Below the pieces are notes generated by a model. That model did not search any database, was not told the DNA's origin, and saw only the letters and a list, made by a program, of their open reading frames with translations. Both the position numbers and the translations under genes were made by a program. From NCBI RefSeq assembly GCF_058153355.1, contig NZ_CM177019.1: a stretch of DNA of 64,000 nt. The stretch is one strand, 5' to 3'. Of the stretch, positions 23,785 through 35,839 are shown one piece after another (position 1 is the first letter of the stretch; every line of letters begins with the position of its first letter).

Positions 23785-24507
23785 TTACCGCGTAGCCCAA
23801 CCCTGTTTGTGCAAATAATCCAGTATAAATGGGCGGCTTTCTTTAATGATTGTTCGGCGGATATGATCGCTCCAGGTATCCCGGCGATTATTGCTGCCAC
23901 GGGTGAGGTAATATTCCGCCAGCTGCTCGTCATACTGCGCCAGTGCGTCTTTATCCAGCGGTTGATAGCTGTTTTCATGCACCAAAATGGAAGCCGGTAA
24001 ACGCGGCTTAAGATCCGGATTATCCGCAGGCCAGCCAAGGCACAGCCCAAACAGCGGCAGAACATGCTGCGGTAATTTCAGCAGTTCCGTCACCGCTTCA
24101 ATATTATTGCGCAGGCCGCCGATATATACCCCGCCCAATCCCAGCGATTCCGCTGCGGTTAACGCATTCTGCGCCATCATTGCCGTATCAACGACACCGA
24201 GCAACAGTTGTTCCGCCAGGCCAAGTTGTGCATCCGGACAGATCTGTAAATGGCGGTTAAAGTCGGCACAGAACACCCAAAACTCCGCCGCTTTCGCTAC
24301 GTGTTTTTGCCCGCCGGTCAGCGTCACCAGTTCATCACGTAACGCTTTGTCGGTAATGCGAATAATGCTACTGCACTGCAAAAAACTGGAACTGGACGTC
24401 GCACGGGCGCTGTTAATAATCGCCTCACGCTGCGCTTCGGAAATGGGTTCATCAGTGAAATGGCGAATGGAGCGATGGCCACAAATAAGTTCAATGGTTG
24501 GCGTCAT
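23785..24507 (-). CDS. nfsA: oxygen-insensitive NADPH nitroreductase NfsA
   Basis: 240 aa ORF recognised as NfsA. Confidence 0.93.
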   Translation of the reverse strand: MTPTIELICGHRSIRHFTDEPISEAQREAIINSARATSSSSFLQCSSIIRITDKALRDELVTLTGGQKHVAKAAEFWVFCADFNRHLQICPDAQLGLAEQLLLGVVDTAMMAQNALTAAESLGLGGVYIGGLRNNIEAVTELLKLPQHVLPLFGLCLGWPADNPDLKPRLPASILVHENSYQPLDKDALAQYDEQLAEYYLTRGSNNRRDTWSDHIRRTIIKESRPFILDYLHKQGWATR

Positions 24508-24778
24508 TATCTTTTTCTCTTTCTGAACGTGAATATTGCGGTGGACGGTTCATCAGCTGTGGGGCAAGACGTTTTGCCACCTGAAGAATAACCACCACCG
24601 CAGCAGGAAGCATGAGCAAAACACCGAGAAAAATCATCAGAATCTGCACCTCTGGCCGAGAAAATGGCTCAGGCAGCGACAGGGAGCCGCTTACCGACAG
24701 CAGCGCCACCGCCAGCAACATCATTCCGATAAATTCCAGTATCAACACGCTTTTAGGCAATTTACCGATCGCGCGCAT
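24491..24778 (-). CDS. ybjC: small inner membrane protein YbjC
   Basis: 95 aa hydrophobic ORF upstream of and overlapping nfsA. Confidence 0.8.
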   Translation of the reverse strand: MRAIGKLPKSVLILEFIGMMLLAVALLSVSGSLSLPEPFSRPEVQILMIFLGVLLMLPAAVVVILQVAKRLAPQLMNRPPQYSRSEREKDNDANH

Positions 24779-24937
24779 ACGCTTCCCTCTGCAAAGTGAG
24801 CCTTCAGTCTAAAACTTTTCACTGTATTGTGTTTAACAGTTATAGCTTTTAGCAATTAATGCAACAGGTTAAACCTACTTTCAGCGAATACATTTTAGCG
24901 TGATCATTACAGGCATAAGTCTATGAGGAGAGAAATA

Positions 24938-25195
24938 ATGCAAACCGTTATTTTTGGTCGTCCGGGTTGCCCTTACTGTGTGCGTGCAAAAGATCTGGCT
25001 GAGAAATTGAGCAATGAACGCGATGATTTTCAGTATCAGTATGTAGATATTCGTGCGGAAGGGATCACTAAAGAAGATCTACAACAAAAGGCAGGTAAAC
25101 CCGTAGAAACCGTGCCGCAGATTTTTGTCGATCAGCAACATATCGGCGGCTATACCGATTTTGCTGCATGGGTGAAAGAGAATCTGGACGCCTGA
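24938..25195 (+). CDS. grxA: glutaredoxin 1
   Basis: 85 aa from MQTVIFGRPGCPYC, CPYC active site. Confidence 0.93.
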   Translation: MQTVIFGRPGCPYCVRAKDLAEKLSNERDDFQYQYVDIRAEGITKEDLQQKAGKPVETVPQIFVDQQHIGGYTDFAAWVKENLDA

Positions 25196-25204
25196 TCGTC
25201 TGAC

Positions 25205-25237
25205 AAGCCCTCGTGTTGAGGGCTTCATTAATTTTTT
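25205..25237. terminator. hairpin terminator shared by convergent grxA and ybjM
   Basis: AAGCCCTC-GTGTT-GAGGGCTT hairpin followed by T-rich tract. Confidence 0.5.
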
Positions 25238-25602
25238 CTGTGCTGTGATTTAAACAAACTGCTGATAAATAAGAAACACAATGCCCCCAGCGCACACCAG
25301 AACACCGCACTTAATAACCATGCCAGCTCTTGCCAGAATGAGCGTGTTGGTGAAAAAAACAGCCGCATTATGAGCATCGAACAGGGTGCCGCCAGCATTG
25401 CGCCAAATAGAGGTTTCAGGACTTCTCTACGCTGTGAAAAGAAGCTGGCAACCGCTCCAGGAAGAATGAAAAACAGCAAGCCAATTTCAGGATGCCCGGC
25501 AGCCCGAAAAGCGCCTTTCATGTGCGTCGCCAGAAAAAGGCACACCACAATGAAGAGGACAAAACAGCAGATTGCCCCCGCCCAACGTTGTTTATGTTTC
25601 AC
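25228..25602 (-). CDS. ybjM: inner membrane protein YbjM
   Basis: 124 aa hydrophobic ORF; synteny. Confidence 0.8.
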   Translation of the reverse strand: MKHKQRWAGAICCFVLFIVVCLFLATHMKGAFRAAGHPEIGLLFFILPGAVASFFSQRREVLKPLFGAMLAAPCSMLIMRLFFSPTRSFWQELAWLLSAVFWCALGALCFLFISSLFKSQHRKN

Positions 25603-25871
25603 TCGTTCCTCCTGACACTGCGTCTATCGAACACATTTTTCGCCAGTGTGGCGTTCAGTAAGATAAAGCCGCTTCGCATTCCATGCTAATATAGGCCAAC
25701 GCAATTCATATAGCCGTTGATACCTAATGTGATTACACTAGTAAAATATATTGTTACTTTACTATCGTTTAGGTGCGCTGAATGAATCTGCGCCCTGAAT
25801 TCTGGTAAAAAACATTATCGTAAATTACCATTTCTTTCAACAGCTTACTAGTAAACAAGAAGTTAGCCTCC

Positions 25872-27557
25872 GTGAATATAAACGTCGCCGAATTGTTAAA
25901 TGGGAATTACATTCTGTTATTATTTGTGGTCCTCGCGCTTGGGCTATGTCTCGGGAAATTACGACTTGGTTCGATCCAACTGGGTAATTCCATTGGCGTT
26001 TTAGTCGTATCGCTGTTATTAGGCCAACAACATTTCAGCATTAACACCGACGCGCTTAATCTTGGCTTTATGCTGTTTATTTTCTGCGTCGGGGTCGAAG
26101 CCGGACCGAACTTTTTTTCCATTTTTTTTCGCGATGGGAAAAATTACTTAATGTTAGCACTGGTGATGGTTGGCAGTGCGCTGGTGATCGCCTTAGGGTT
26201 AGGTAAGCTGTTTGGCTGGGATATTGGCCTGACGGCCGGTATGTTAGCAGGCTCTATGACGTCAACACCGGTTTTGGTCGGTGCTGGCGATACACTGCGT
26301 CATTCCGGCATGGAAAGCAGGCAGCTCTCACTGGCACTGGATAATCTGAGCCTCGGGTATGCCTTAACCTATTTAATCGGTCTGGTGAGTTTGATTGTTG
26401 GTGCGCGTTACTTGCCGAAATTGCAGCATCAGGACTTACAGACCAGCGCCCAGCAAATTGCCCGTGAACGTGGCCTGGACACGGATGCCAATCGTAAAGT
26501 TTATTTACCGGTGATCCGCGCCTACCGCGTCGGCCCGGAGCTGGTAGCCTGGACCGACGGCAAAAATCTGCGTGAACTGGGTATTTATCGACAAACTGGC
26601 TGTTACATTGAACGTATTCGGCGTAACGGGATTCTGGCAAATCCAGACGGTGATGCCGTACTACAAATGGGCGATGAAATAGCGTTGGTAGGCTATCCCG
26701 ACGCCCACGCCCGACTCGATCCCAGTTTCCGTAATGGCAAAGAAGTTTTCGATCGTGACCTTCTCGACATGCGTATCGTTACCGAAGAAGTGGTCGTTAA
26801 AAACCATAACGCTGTAGGCAAACGTCTCGCACAACTGAAGTTGACCGATCACGGTTGCTTCCTTAACCGCGTCATTCGTAGCCAGATTGAGATGCCGATT
26901 GATGACAACGTCGTGCTTAACAAAGGTGACGTTTTACAAGTCAGCGGCGATGCCCGTCGCGTAAAAACCATCGCCGATCGCATCGGCTTTATCTCGATTC
27001 ACAGCCAGGTCACTGACTTGCTGGCATTCTGCGCCTTCTTTGTTATTGGGCTGATGATCGGGATGATCACCTTCCAGTTCAGCACATTCAGTTTCGGCAT
27101 GGGGAACGCTGCCGGGTTGTTATTCGCCGGAATTATGCTGGGCTTTATGCGCGCTAACCACCCGACCTTCGGTTACATTCCGCAGGGTGCATTAAGCATG
27201 GTGAAGGAGTTCGGCTTGATGGTGTTTATGGCAGGCGTTGGTCTGAGCGCTGGTAGCGGTATTAATAACGGCCTGGGCGCGATTGGCGGTCAGATGTTGA
27301 TTGCCGGATTAATTGTCAGTCTGGTGCCAGTGGTTATCTGCTTCTTGTTCGGTGCTTATGTATTGCGAATGAACCGCGCACTGTTGTTCGGCGCAATGAT
27401 GGGCGCACGCACCTGCGCGCCGGCAATGGAGATCATCAGTGATACAGCTCGCAGTAATATCCCGGCGCTGGGCTATGCGGGCACTTACGCAATCGCCAAC
27501 GTCCTGCTAACGCTGGCTGGGACAATCATCGTCATGGTATGGCCAGGATTAGGATAA
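25872..27557 (+). CDS. ybjL: putative transport protein YbjL (AAE family with TrkA-C domains)
   Basis: 561 aa polytopic membrane protein; synteny. Confidence 0.88.
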
Positions 27558-27599
27558 AACTGAAGTTGCCCTGAAAATGAAATTTTTTTGCACAACCGC

Positions 27600-27630
27600 A
27601 GAACTTTTCCTCAGGGCATCAGTCTTAATT
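27600..27630 (+). promoter_or_regulatory. putative sigma-E promoter of rybB
   Basis: GAACTTT (-35-like) and GTCTTAA (-10-like) just upstream of the RybB 5' end. Confidence 0.45.
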
Positions 27631-27633
27631 AGT

Positions 27634-27713
27634 GCCACTGCTTTTCTTTGATGTCCCCATTTTGTGGAGCCCATCAACCCCGCCATTTTGGTTCAAGGTT
27701 GGTGGGTTTTTTG
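27634..27713 (+). ncRNA. rybB: sigma-E-dependent small RNA RybB
   Basis: GCCACTGCTTTTCTTTGATGTCCCCATTTTGTGGAGCCCATCAACC...GGTTGGTGGGTTTTTT recognised as RybB, with its 3' hairpin and U-tail; between ybjL and rcdA as in K-12. Confidence 0.75.
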
Positions 27714-27731
27714 TTATCTAAAATTTATCTA

Positions 27732-28268
27732 CTACCCTGCAACCCTCTCAACCATCCTCAAAATCTCCTCGCGCGATAGCGGCTTACGGTCGGTGACAAA
27801 ATGCAGCGTCATCCCCTCAATAAACGCATCAAGCGCGCGGGCGGTTCCGGGTTCAAACCATTGTTCGAGCGTTTGCTGACTGCGCTGCATCCAGTTTTGC
27901 ATTACCGTTTTTAATAGCGGTTTTCGGCTAGCCAGCGCGTAGAGCTGGTACATCAGCTCCATGTTATCCGGCGTTGCAACCTGTGAGCTGTAGATCATAT
28001 CGGTGATAGCCTGGCATGCGCCCGGAGCATCACTAACATCGCTAAAAAATGCCTGATATTGCCGGGACATGATCTCAGTAAAACTGCTGAACGCCTCCAG
28101 CAACAACTCATCAATTCCTGAAAAATAGTAGGTCATCGACCCCAACGGTACCCCGGCAAGGGTAGCAATTTTGCGGTGCGTAACGGCATGTATTCCGTAA
28201 AGTTTCACCGCCTCCAGCGTGGCCTGGATAATTTTTTCTCGCCGTTGCGGATCGTTAGCGCGACGCAT
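27732..28268 (-). CDS. rcdA: TetR-family transcriptional regulator RcdA (YbjK)
   Basis: 178 aa from [13 protein letters not shown]; TetR-type helix-turn-helix. Confidence 0.85.
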
Positions 28269-28351
28269 GTCATTTCCTCTCTCTGCAATTGTGTACAAAT
28301 GTACACAACCTTGCTAATGTTGTCTTCCCTCTTCTTATTTTGACGTGATCT

Positions 28352-29560
28352 ATGACCGTAAATTCTTCACGTAATGCATTGAAACGCCGAACCTGGGCGC
28401 TGTTTATGTTCTTCTTTTTGCCGGGCCTGTTAATGGCGTCCTGGGCAACTCGTACACCTGCTATCCGCGATATTCTTTCTGTTTCGATCGCTGAAATGGG
28501 CGGAGTCCTCTTTGGTCTGTCGATCGGTTCAATGAGCGGTATTCTCTGCTCGGCGTGGTTAGTGAAACGCTTTGGGACGCGGAATGTCATCCAGGTCACG
28601 ATGTCCTGCGCATTGATCGGGATGATGATATTAAGTCTGGCACTCTGGCTGACATCGCCCCTGCTCTTTGCCGTTGGTCTCGGCGTCTTTGGGGCAAGTT
28701 TTGGTTCTGCGGAAGTGGCGATAAACGTTGAAGGTGCTGCCGTTGAGCGAGAAATGAATAAGACGGTTTTGCCGATGATGCACGGTTTTTATAGCCTGGG
28801 CACGCTGGCAGGCGCTGGTGTCGGGATGGCACTGACGGCCTTTGGCGTTCCGGCAACGGTGCACATTTTATTGGCGGCGCTGGTAGGCATCGCGCCTATT
28901 TATATCGCCATTCAGGCAATCCCTGACGGTACGGGCAAAAATGCTGCCGATGGCACCCAGCATGGTGAAAAAGGCGTACCTTTTTATCGGGATATCCAGT
29001 TGCTGCTGATTGGTGTTGTGGTACTGGCGATGGCCTTTGCCGAAGGTTCTGCCAACGACTGGTTACCCTTATTAATGGTTGACGGTCACGGTTTTAGCCC
29101 TACTTCCGGCTCGCTGATTTATGCCGGTTTTACCCTGGGGATGACTGTTGGACGCTTTACCGGCGGTTGGTTCATCGACCGTTATAGTCGCGTTGCCGTG
29201 GTTCGGGCCAGTGCACTGATGGGAGCGTTGGGTATTGGGCTGATTATTTTTGTCGATAGCGCCTGGGTCGCTGGGGTGTCTGTTGTACTTTGGGGACTGG
29301 GGGCCTCGCTGGGCTTCCCGCTGACCATTTCTGCCGCCAGCGATACCGGCCCCGATGCACCGACCCGCGTCAGCGTAGTGGCGACGACCGGTTATCTGGC
29401 TTTCCTCGTCGGGCCGCCGCTGCTGGGCTATCTCGGCGAACATTATGGATTACGTAGTGCAATGCTGGTTGTACTGGCGCTGGTTATTCTTGCGGCTATT
29501 GTCGCGAAAGCCGTCGCCAAACCCAATACCAAAACGCAGACGGCGATGGAGAATAGTTGA
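28352..29560 (+). CDS. ybjJ: MFS-family inner membrane transporter YbjJ
   Basis: 402 aa, 12-TM-like hydrophobic profile; synteny. Confidence 0.85.
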   Translation: MTVNSSRNALKRRTWALFMFFFLPGLLMASWATRTPAIRDILSVSIAEMGGVLFGLSIGSMSGILCSAWLVKRFGTRNVIQVTMSCALIGMMILSLALWLTSPLLFAVGLGVFGASFGSAEVAINVEGAAVEREMNKTVLPMMHGFYSLGTLAGAGVGMALTAFGVPATVHILLAALVGIAPIYIAIQAIPDGTGKNAADGTQHGEKGVPFYRDIQLLLIGVVVLAMAFAEGSANDWLPLLMVDGHGFSPTSGSLIYAGFTLGMTVGRFTGGWFIDRYSRVAVVRASALMGALGIGLIIFVDSAWVAGVSVVLWGLGASLGFPLTISAASDTGPDAPTRVSVVATTGYLAFLVGPPLLGYLGEHYGLRSAMLVVLALVILAAIVAKAVAKPNTKTQTAMENS

Positions 29561-30375
29561 TGAGCATTAAATTAATTGCGGTTGACATGGATGGTACTTT
29601 CTTAAGCGATCAAAAAACCTATAACCGTGAGCGGTTTATGGCTCAGTATCAGCAGATGAAAGCACAAGGCATTCGCTTTGTGGTCGCCAGCGGGAATCAA
29701 TATTATCAGTTAATCTCTTTCTTCCCTGAAATTGCTAATGAAATTGCCTTTGTGGCTGAAAACGGCGGTTGGGTTGTAAGCGAAGGCAAAGATGTTTTTA
29801 ATGGCGAGCTGTCGAAGGATGCGTTTGCTACTGTGGTGGAACATTTACTGACGCGCCCAGAAGTGGAAATTATTGCCTGCGGAAAAAATAGCGCCTATAC
29901 CCTCAAAAAATATGACGATGCCATGAAAACGGTAGCGGAAATGTATTATCACCGTCTGGAATACGTCGATAACTTTGATAATTTAGAAGATATCTTCTTT
30001 AAGTTTGGCCTGAATCTTTCCGATGAACTGATTCCACAAGTGCAAAAAGCATTACATGAGACCATCGGCGATATTATGGTGCCGGTCCACACCGGCAACG
30101 GCAGCATCGATCTGATTATCCCCGGCGTACATAAAGCGAATGGCCTGCGCCAACTTCAGAAATTATGGGGAATAGACGACAGCGAAGTGGTGGTCTTCGG
30201 CGATGGTGGTAACGATATTGAGATGCTGCGTCAGGCAGGCTTTAGTTTTGCGATGGAAAATGCTGGCAGCGCGGTCGTCGCAGCGGCAAAATACCGGGCA
30301 GGCTCCAATAATCATGAAGGTGTACTGGATGTGATCGATAAAGTTCTTAAACACGAAGCGCCTTTTGATCAATAA
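29560..30375 (+). CDS. ybjI: HAD-superfamily (Cof-type) phosphatase YbjI
   Basis: 271 aa; HAD motif I VDMDGTFL; paralogous to ybiV at 55767. Confidence 0.85.
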   Translation: MSIKLIAVDMDGTFLSDQKTYNRERFMAQYQQMKAQGIRFVVASGNQYYQLISFFPEIANEIAFVAENGGWVVSEGKDVFNGELSKDAFATVVEHLLTRPEVEIIACGKNSAYTLKKYDDAMKTVAEMYYHRLEYVDNFDNLEDIFFKFGLNLSDELIPQVQKALHETIGDIMVPVHTGNGSIDLIIPGVHKANGLRQLQKLWGIDDSEVVVFGDGGNDIEMLRQAGFSFAMENAGSAVVAAAKYRAGSNNHEGVLDVIDKVLKHEAPFDQ

Positions 30376-30460
30376 AAACGGTAGCACGCCCGGCAACACA
30401 AAGCCTGAATGAAGGCTGCATAATTCGCAGAAATTAACCCGCTGCATTATTTCAGGCGAA

Positions 30461-30745
30461 ATGATTATGAGAAATTGTCTACTGTTGGGCGCGCTTTTAA
30501 TGGGCTTTACTGGTGTGGCAATGGCGCAAAGTGTCACCGTCGATGTGCCGAGTGGATACAAAGTGGTTGTGGTCCCTGATTCAGTCAGCGTTCCACAAGC
30601 AGTCAGCGTCGCGACTGTGCCGCAAACCGTCTATGTGGCTCCTGCGCCAGCTCCGGCTTACCGCCCGCATCCGTATGTTCGCCATCTTGCCAGCGTAGGT
30701 GAAGGGATGGTTATCGAACACCAGATTGATGACCATCACCATTAA
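30461..30745 (+). CDS. ybjH: uncharacterised secreted protein YbjH
   Basis: 94 aa with signal peptide; synteny. Confidence 0.75.
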   Translation: MIMRNCLLLGALLMGFTGVAMAQSVTVDVPSGYKVVVVPDSVSVPQAVSVATVPQTVYVAPAPAPAYRPHPYVRHLASVGEGMVIEHQIDDHHH

Positions 30746-30751
30746 TTTGAA

Positions 30752-30788
30752 AATGCCTGATTGCTTTGCGCAACCAGGCATTTTTTTA
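30752..30788 (+). terminator. intrinsic terminator after ybjH
   Basis: GCCTGATTGC-loop-GCAACCAGGC hairpin followed by TTTTTTT. Confidence 0.55.
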
Positions 30789-32018
30789 CCCTTCGTGCGA
30801 ATTACCCATCTGTTTATCTTTTAAAAAGATAACCATCAGCAGCAGCCACAAAATCCCGTTGGCAAGGTTGAAGAGATTAAACAGGCCGTTGCCCCCATTC
30901 AGCCAGGCATGTTTGCTGATTTCAATACCGACGGTAAAAATAAGCATTTGCAACATTCCCATCGCCGCAGAAACCGTACCTTTACTCATATCGCTGGCAA
31001 ACAGGGTCAATCGCACCAATCCCGCATTCGCCAGGCCAATACCGAAAGCATAAATACTTAACCCAGCGGTCATCCACAAATACGCGTGCGATGAGATAAC
31101 CGTTGCCGCAGCAGCGACCAACAGGCCAATCATAATTGGCCAGCCGCCCATAATAATCAATGAACGTACGGTGCGGCGCGAGGTCAGACGCGCTAGCAGC
31201 AAGTTACCCGCAATTAATGCCCCGAAAATAGGCACTTGCAGCAAGCCATATTCATAGCTACTCAACTGCTCGCCGGTAATGATGATAATCGGCGACTGGG
31301 CGATCCACGCCAGCAACGGCAGGCTAACAAAACCCAGCGCCAGTGCCCCTGCCACAAAGCGACCGTTCTTCAGCACCAGCTTATAGTCACGACCGAGTTC
31401 TTTCAGCGACAGTTTCTCGCCTATACGCGTGGCGGTTTCAGGCATGGCTCGTTGCAGACCGAAAAAGGAGATCGCTGCCAATGCGGCAAACAAGACAAAC
31501 ATCCCCTCCCAGGGCAGCACATGGATCCACGCCGCGCCCACCAGCGGACCGAGTAGCGGCGCAATCAGCGCCACGTTCGCCATCAGCGCGGTGATCTTGA
31601 TACAAACCGCCTCTTCGAAGGACTCCTGAATTGCAGCGTAACCCACAGCGCCAATGAAACAGAGGCTTATGCCCTGCAAGAAGCGCAACAGCGTGAATTG
31701 TTCAATGTTTTGCGCCAGTAATATCGCCAGACAAGTGATGATAAACCACACTACCCCCGCCAGCATCACCGGACGGCGACCAATACGATCCGACAGTGGT
31801 CCCAGCAGCCACTGTAAAAACATCCCGCCCGCCAGATACGCGGTCATCGAAGTAGGAACCCAATCAATGCCCGCCTGATACTGCTCCACCACGGCCAACA
31901 TGCCGGGTTGAATCATATCGTTGCCGATATAGGTTGAAAATTCGTAAAGCACCAGACAGAGAGGGAAAAGTAACGCCTGACGTCCAAGCCTGGCACCGGA
32001 AGCTAATCTATTTTGCAT
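30786..32018 (-). CDS. mdfA: multidrug efflux MFS transporter MdfA (Cmr)
   Basis: 410 aa from [20 protein letters not shown]. Confidence 0.92.
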   Translation of the reverse strand: MQNRLASGARLGRQALLFPLCLVLYEFSTYIGNDMIQPGMLAVVEQYQAGIDWVPTSMTAYLAGGMFLQWLLGPLSDRIGRRPVMLAGVVWFIITCLAILLAQNIEQFTLLRFLQGISLCFIGAVGYAAIQESFEEAVCIKITALMANVALIAPLLGPLVGAAWIHVLPWEGMFVLFAALAAISFFGLQRAMPETATRIGEKLSLKELGRDYKLVLKNGRFVAGALALGFVSLPLLAWIAQSPIIIITGEQLSSYEYGLLQVPIFGALIAGNLLLARLTSRRTVRSLIIMGGWPIMIGLLVAAAATVISSHAYLWMTAGLSIYAFGIGLANAGLVRLTLFASDMSKGTVSAAMGMLQMLIFTVGIEISKHAWLNGGNGLFNLFNLANGILWLLLMVIFLKDKQMGNSHEG

Positions 32019-32303
32019 GCAATTTCTTCGCCAATAATAATCGCGCAAAGTTTAATAAAAGCGCAGCTAACGAGAAAGCGAATTTTGTAGCTGAAACTTC
32101 GGTTAAGCACATTCTTACATTATTGCGAGTATAGCTACGCTTTCTTTAAGTTTTATTTAACCTATGCTCGTTACAATCAGCCACCGTAAACAGGGCCGCT
32201 TGAGGGAAATAAGACGATGCCGCTTTACCCAGTTTAACCTGCACTTTATTCTCAACGACTTGCCTGTATTGGCTCCCTTTTAATCACTTTGCGTCGGGAA
32301 GTT

Positions 32304-32900
32304 ATGCTGGAAAATTTGAATCTCTCTCTATTCTCTCTTATTAACGCGACGCCAGACTCGGCTCCGTGGATGATCTCGTTGGCGATTTTTATTGCTAAAG
32401 ATTTGATTACCGTGGTGCCGCTGCTGGCCGCAGTACTTTGGTTGTGGGGGCTTACAGCACAACGGCAACTGGTGATAAAAATCGCAATCGCGCTGGCGGT
32501 CAGCCTGTTTGTGTCCTGGACGATGGGGCATCTTTTTCCGCACGACCGACCCTTTGTCGAAAATATCGGCTATAACTTCCTGCATCATGCGGCGGATGAC
32601 TCATTCCCGAGCGATCACGGTACGGTGATTTTCACCTTTGCACTGGCATTTTTATGCTGGCATCGCCTGTGGTCCGGCTCACTTTTAATGGTGCTGGCCG
32701 TCGTCATTGCCTGGTCGCGCGTTTATCTTGGCGTCCACTGGCCGCTGGATATGCTCGGTGGATTGCTGGCAGGTATGATTGGCTGCCTTAGCGCCCAGAT
32801 TATCTGGCAAGCGATGGGGCATAAACTCTATCAACGTCTGCAATCGTGGTATCGTTTCTGTTTTGCATTACCGATCCGCAAAGGCTGGGTGCGTGACTGA
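32304..32900 (+). CDS. ybjG: undecaprenyl-pyrophosphate phosphatase YbjG (PAP2 family)
   Basis: 198 aa from MLENLNLSLF; PAP2 motifs (PSDHG, SRVYLGVHWP). Confidence 0.88.
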   Translation: MLENLNLSLFSLINATPDSAPWMISLAIFIAKDLITVVPLLAAVLWLWGLTAQRQLVIKIAIALAVSLFVSWTMGHLFPHDRPFVENIGYNFLHHAADDSFPSDHGTVIFTFALAFLCWHRLWSGSLLMVLAVVIAWSRVYLGVHWPLDMLGGLLAGMIGCLSAQIIWQAMGHKLYQRLQSWYRFCFALPIRKGWVRD

Positions 32901-32957
32901 TCTCTGCTAAAAAGTGTAGTATTGAGCGGCTCGCTTCAATAACTATTCAGAGGGATT

Positions 32958-33716
32958 ATGGAAACTCGTCGCGAAGAGCGTATCGGGCAGCTGCTGCAAG
33001 AATTAAAACGCAGCGATAAGTTACATCTTAAAGACGCCGCCGCCCTGCTTGGGGTTTCGGAGATGACGATTCGTCGCGATCTGAACAACCACAGTGCGCC
33101 CGTCGTTTTGCTAGGCGGCTATATTGTTCTGGAACCGCGCAGCGCCAGCCATTACCTGTTAAGCGATCAAAAATCCCGCCTGGTGGAAGAAAAACGCCGA
33201 GCGGCAAAACTGGCTGCGACGCTGGTAGAACCCGATCAGACCCTCTTTTTTGACTGTGGCACCACCACACCGTGGATTATTGAAGCGATTGATAATGAAA
33301 TCCCTTTCACCGCCGTTTGTTATTCGCTAAATACCTTTCTGGCACTGAAAGAGAAACCTCATTGCCGCGCGTTTCTTTGCGGTGGTGAATTTCACGCCAG
33401 CAACGCCATTTTCAAACCCATCGATTTTCAGCAAACGCTGAATAATTTTTGCCCGGATATCGCTTTTTATTCCGCGGCGGGGGTGCATGTCAGTAAGGGC
33501 GCTACCTGTTTTAATCTTGAAGAGTTGCCGGTAAAACACTGGGCCATGTCGATGGCGCAAAAGCATGTGCTGGTTGTCGACCACAGTAAATTTGGCAAGG
33601 TGCGTCCGGCACGCATGGGTGACCTGAAACGCTTTGATATTGTGGTGAGCGATTGTTGCCCGGAAGATGAGTATGTGAAGTACGCGCAGACGCAGCGTAT
33701 TAAGTTGATGTATTAA
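32958..33716 (+). CDS. deoR: deoxyribose operon repressor DeoR
   Basis: 252 aa, N-terminal HTH; synteny. Confidence 0.93.
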   Translation: METRREERIGQLLQELKRSDKLHLKDAAALLGVSEMTIRRDLNNHSAPVVLLGGYIVLEPRSASHYLLSDQKSRLVEEKRRAAKLAATLVEPDQTLFFDCGTTTPWIIEAIDNEIPFTAVCYSLNTFLALKEKPHCRAFLCGGEFHASNAIFKPIDFQQTLNNFCPDIAFYSAAGVHVSKGATCFNLEELPVKHWAMSMAQKHVLVVDHSKFGKVRPARMGDLKRFDIVVSDCCPEDEYVKYAQTQRIKLMY

Positions 33717-33763
33717 TGATGCATAACCGGATGACGTTTCCACGCCATCCGGTTATCACAAAA

Positions 33764-34966
33764 TTATGAGAACCAGCTGCCGAACCACTGATGGAATTTC
33801 ATCATCACGAAATCCCACATCCGACCAAAGAATCCACCCTCTTCCACATTTTCCATCACGATCAGCGGGCGCTGTTCAATGGATTTACCGTTAAGCTGGA
33901 AATCAATGGTGCCGACAACCTGACCTTTTTTCAGCGGTGCGGTAAGCTGCGGTTCCGTTAATGTATAACTCGCTTTCAGGTTTTTCAGCTGCCCACGCGG
34001 TATGGTCACGGATCCCGCTTCGCCTGCCCCGAGATTCACTTCGCTCTTATCACCAAACCAGACGCGCTGAGTCACAAAGGTGGCATCAGGTTTAATTGGC
34101 GTCACGGTTTCAAAGAAGCGGAAACCCCAGGTCAATAATTTCTCAGACTCATTAAAACGGATACGGTCAGTTTTCGCCCCCAGCACTACGGAGATTAAAC
34201 GCATATCGCCCTGGGTAGCCGAAGCAACCAGATTATATCCCGCGCCTGCCGTGGTTCCTGTCTTCATGCCATCAACATTCAGATTGCTGCTCCATAGCAG
34301 ACGGTTACGGTTAGGCTGACGAATTTTGTTGAAGGTGAACTCTTTCTCTTTATGAATGGCGTACTCTTCTGGCACATCGTGAATCAGTGCTTTACCCAGC
34401 AATGCCATATCGCGCGCGGTACTGAACTGCCCCGGCGCATCCAGACCGTGCACCGTCTGGAAGGTCGTGTTGGTCAGCCCCAGTTTTTTGGCATAACCAT
34501 TCATCAAACCAATAAATGACTCCTGGCTCCCGGCAACGTAATCAGCCAGCGCAATACAGGCGTCATTACCGGACTGGATAATCACGCCTTTGTTCAAGTC
34601 TGCCACCGAAACCTGATCGCCTGGTTTGAGGAACATTACCGACGAACCACGCAGTGCCGGGTTTCCCGTCGCCCAGGCATCTTTACCGACCGTCACCATA
34701 TCGGTGAGTTTAATCTTATCGGCCTTAAGCGCCTGCCCAACCACATAGCTGGTCATGATTTTAGTCAGGCTCGCGGGGTCCAGTTTCTCATCCGCATTGC
34801 CTTCTGCCAGCACTTTACCGCTGGCGTAATCCATTAAAATCCATGCACGCGCATCCACGCTCGGCGCGTCAACGGTTTGTTCCGCCGCGAATGCCGTTGG
34901 GGCAAAAAGGAATAAAAATGCAGAACCCGCTGCAAGACCACGAAGGAGAGAGGAGTATTGCGTCAT
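33764..34966 (-). CDS. dacC: D-alanyl-D-alanine carboxypeptidase DacC (PBP6)
   Basis: 400 aa from [11 protein letters not shown] with signal peptide; SxxK (SLTK) active site. Confidence 0.93.
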   Translation of the reverse strand: MTQYSSLLRGLAAGSAFLFLFAPTAFAAEQTVDAPSVDARAWILMDYASGKVLAEGNADEKLDPASLTKIMTSYVVGQALKADKIKLTDMVTVGKDAWATGNPALRGSSVMFLKPGDQVSVADLNKGVIIQSGNDACIALADYVAGSQESFIGLMNGYAKKLGLTNTTFQTVHGLDAPGQFSTARDMALLGKALIHDVPEEYAIHKEKEFTFNKIRQPNRNRLLWSSNLNVDGMKTGTTAGAGYNLVASATQGDMRLISVVLGAKTDRIRFNESEKLLTWGFRFFETVTPIKPDATFVTQRVWFGDKSEVNLGAGEAGSVTIPRGQLKNLKASYTLTEPQLTAPLKKGQVVGTIDFQLNGKSIEQRPLIVMENVEEGGFFGRMWDFVMMKFHQWFGSWFS

Positions 34967-35212
34967 AAATGCCACCCGAGTATCCATTCAAAAAAAATAC
35001 GTTATATCGCCGTATGATAAGTTCGGTGATTAATAACGCACACACAAACTTAAAGAAACCGTAAGTTGGTAAAGTTTTTAAAGTTTATGCAATATCCTGC
35101 CGCTTCGCTGCTTCTGCCGTCATTTTTTTGCCAGCTGTTGCTTAAAAGTTAACTTTACTTCACCATCAATGTCCTGTTCAGCCTGTGGCTGCCTGTCGGA
35201 AAAGGGGTAAGT

Positions 35213-35839
35213 ATGATTACGCTGTGGGGTCGGAATAATTCAACCAACGTAAAAAAAGTATTGCTGATGCTCGAAGAACTGGAACTACCTTATGAGCAAA
35301 TTCTCGCGGGCCGTGAGTTTGGGGTAAACCACGATGCTGATTTTCTGGCGATGAACCCTAACGGGCTGGTGCCGTTGTTGCGTGACGACGAAAGTGATCT
35401 CATCCTTTGGGAATCAAATGCCATTGTCCGCTATCTGGCGGCACAGTATGGGCAAAACCGCCTGTGGATCGACTCACCGGCACGCCGTGCAGAAGCGGAA
35501 AAATGGATGGACTGGGCAAACCAGACGCTCAGTAATGCCCATCGCGGGATCCTGATGGGATTAGTCAGAACACCACCGGAAGAGCGCGATCAGGCCGCCA
35601 TTGATGCCAGTTGCAAAGAGTGCGACGCCCTGTTTGCCCTGCTCGATGCGGAACTGGCAAAAGTAAAATGGTTCTCTGGCGACGAGTTTGGTGTGGGCGA
35701 TATCGCTATCGCTCCGTTCATCTACAATTTATTTAACGTTGGCCTGACCTGGACACCGCGTCCAAATCTGCAACGCTGGTATCAGCAACTCACTGAACGC
35801 CCCGCAGTGCGCAAAGTGGTGATGATCCCCGTTAGCTAA
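35213..35839 (+). CDS. gstB: glutathione S-transferase GstB (YliJ)
   Basis: 208 aa GST-fold protein; synteny. Confidence 0.88.
   Translation: MITLWGRNNSTNVKKVLLMLEELELPYEQILAGREFGVNHDADFLAMNPNGLVPLLRDDESDLILWESNAIVRYLAAQYGQNRLWIDSPARRAEAEKWMDWANQTLSNAHRGILMGLVRTPPEERDQAAIDASCKECDALFALLDAELAKVKWFSGDEFGVGDIAIAPFIYNLFNVGLTWTPRPNLQRWYQQLTERPAVRKVVMIPVS

Noticed and set aside
27634-27713. Sequence differences in RybB relative to the K-12 sequence as remembered
   Set aside because: My recollection of the K-12 sequence is not exact and the terminator hairpin remains base-paired, so no functional claim is justified.
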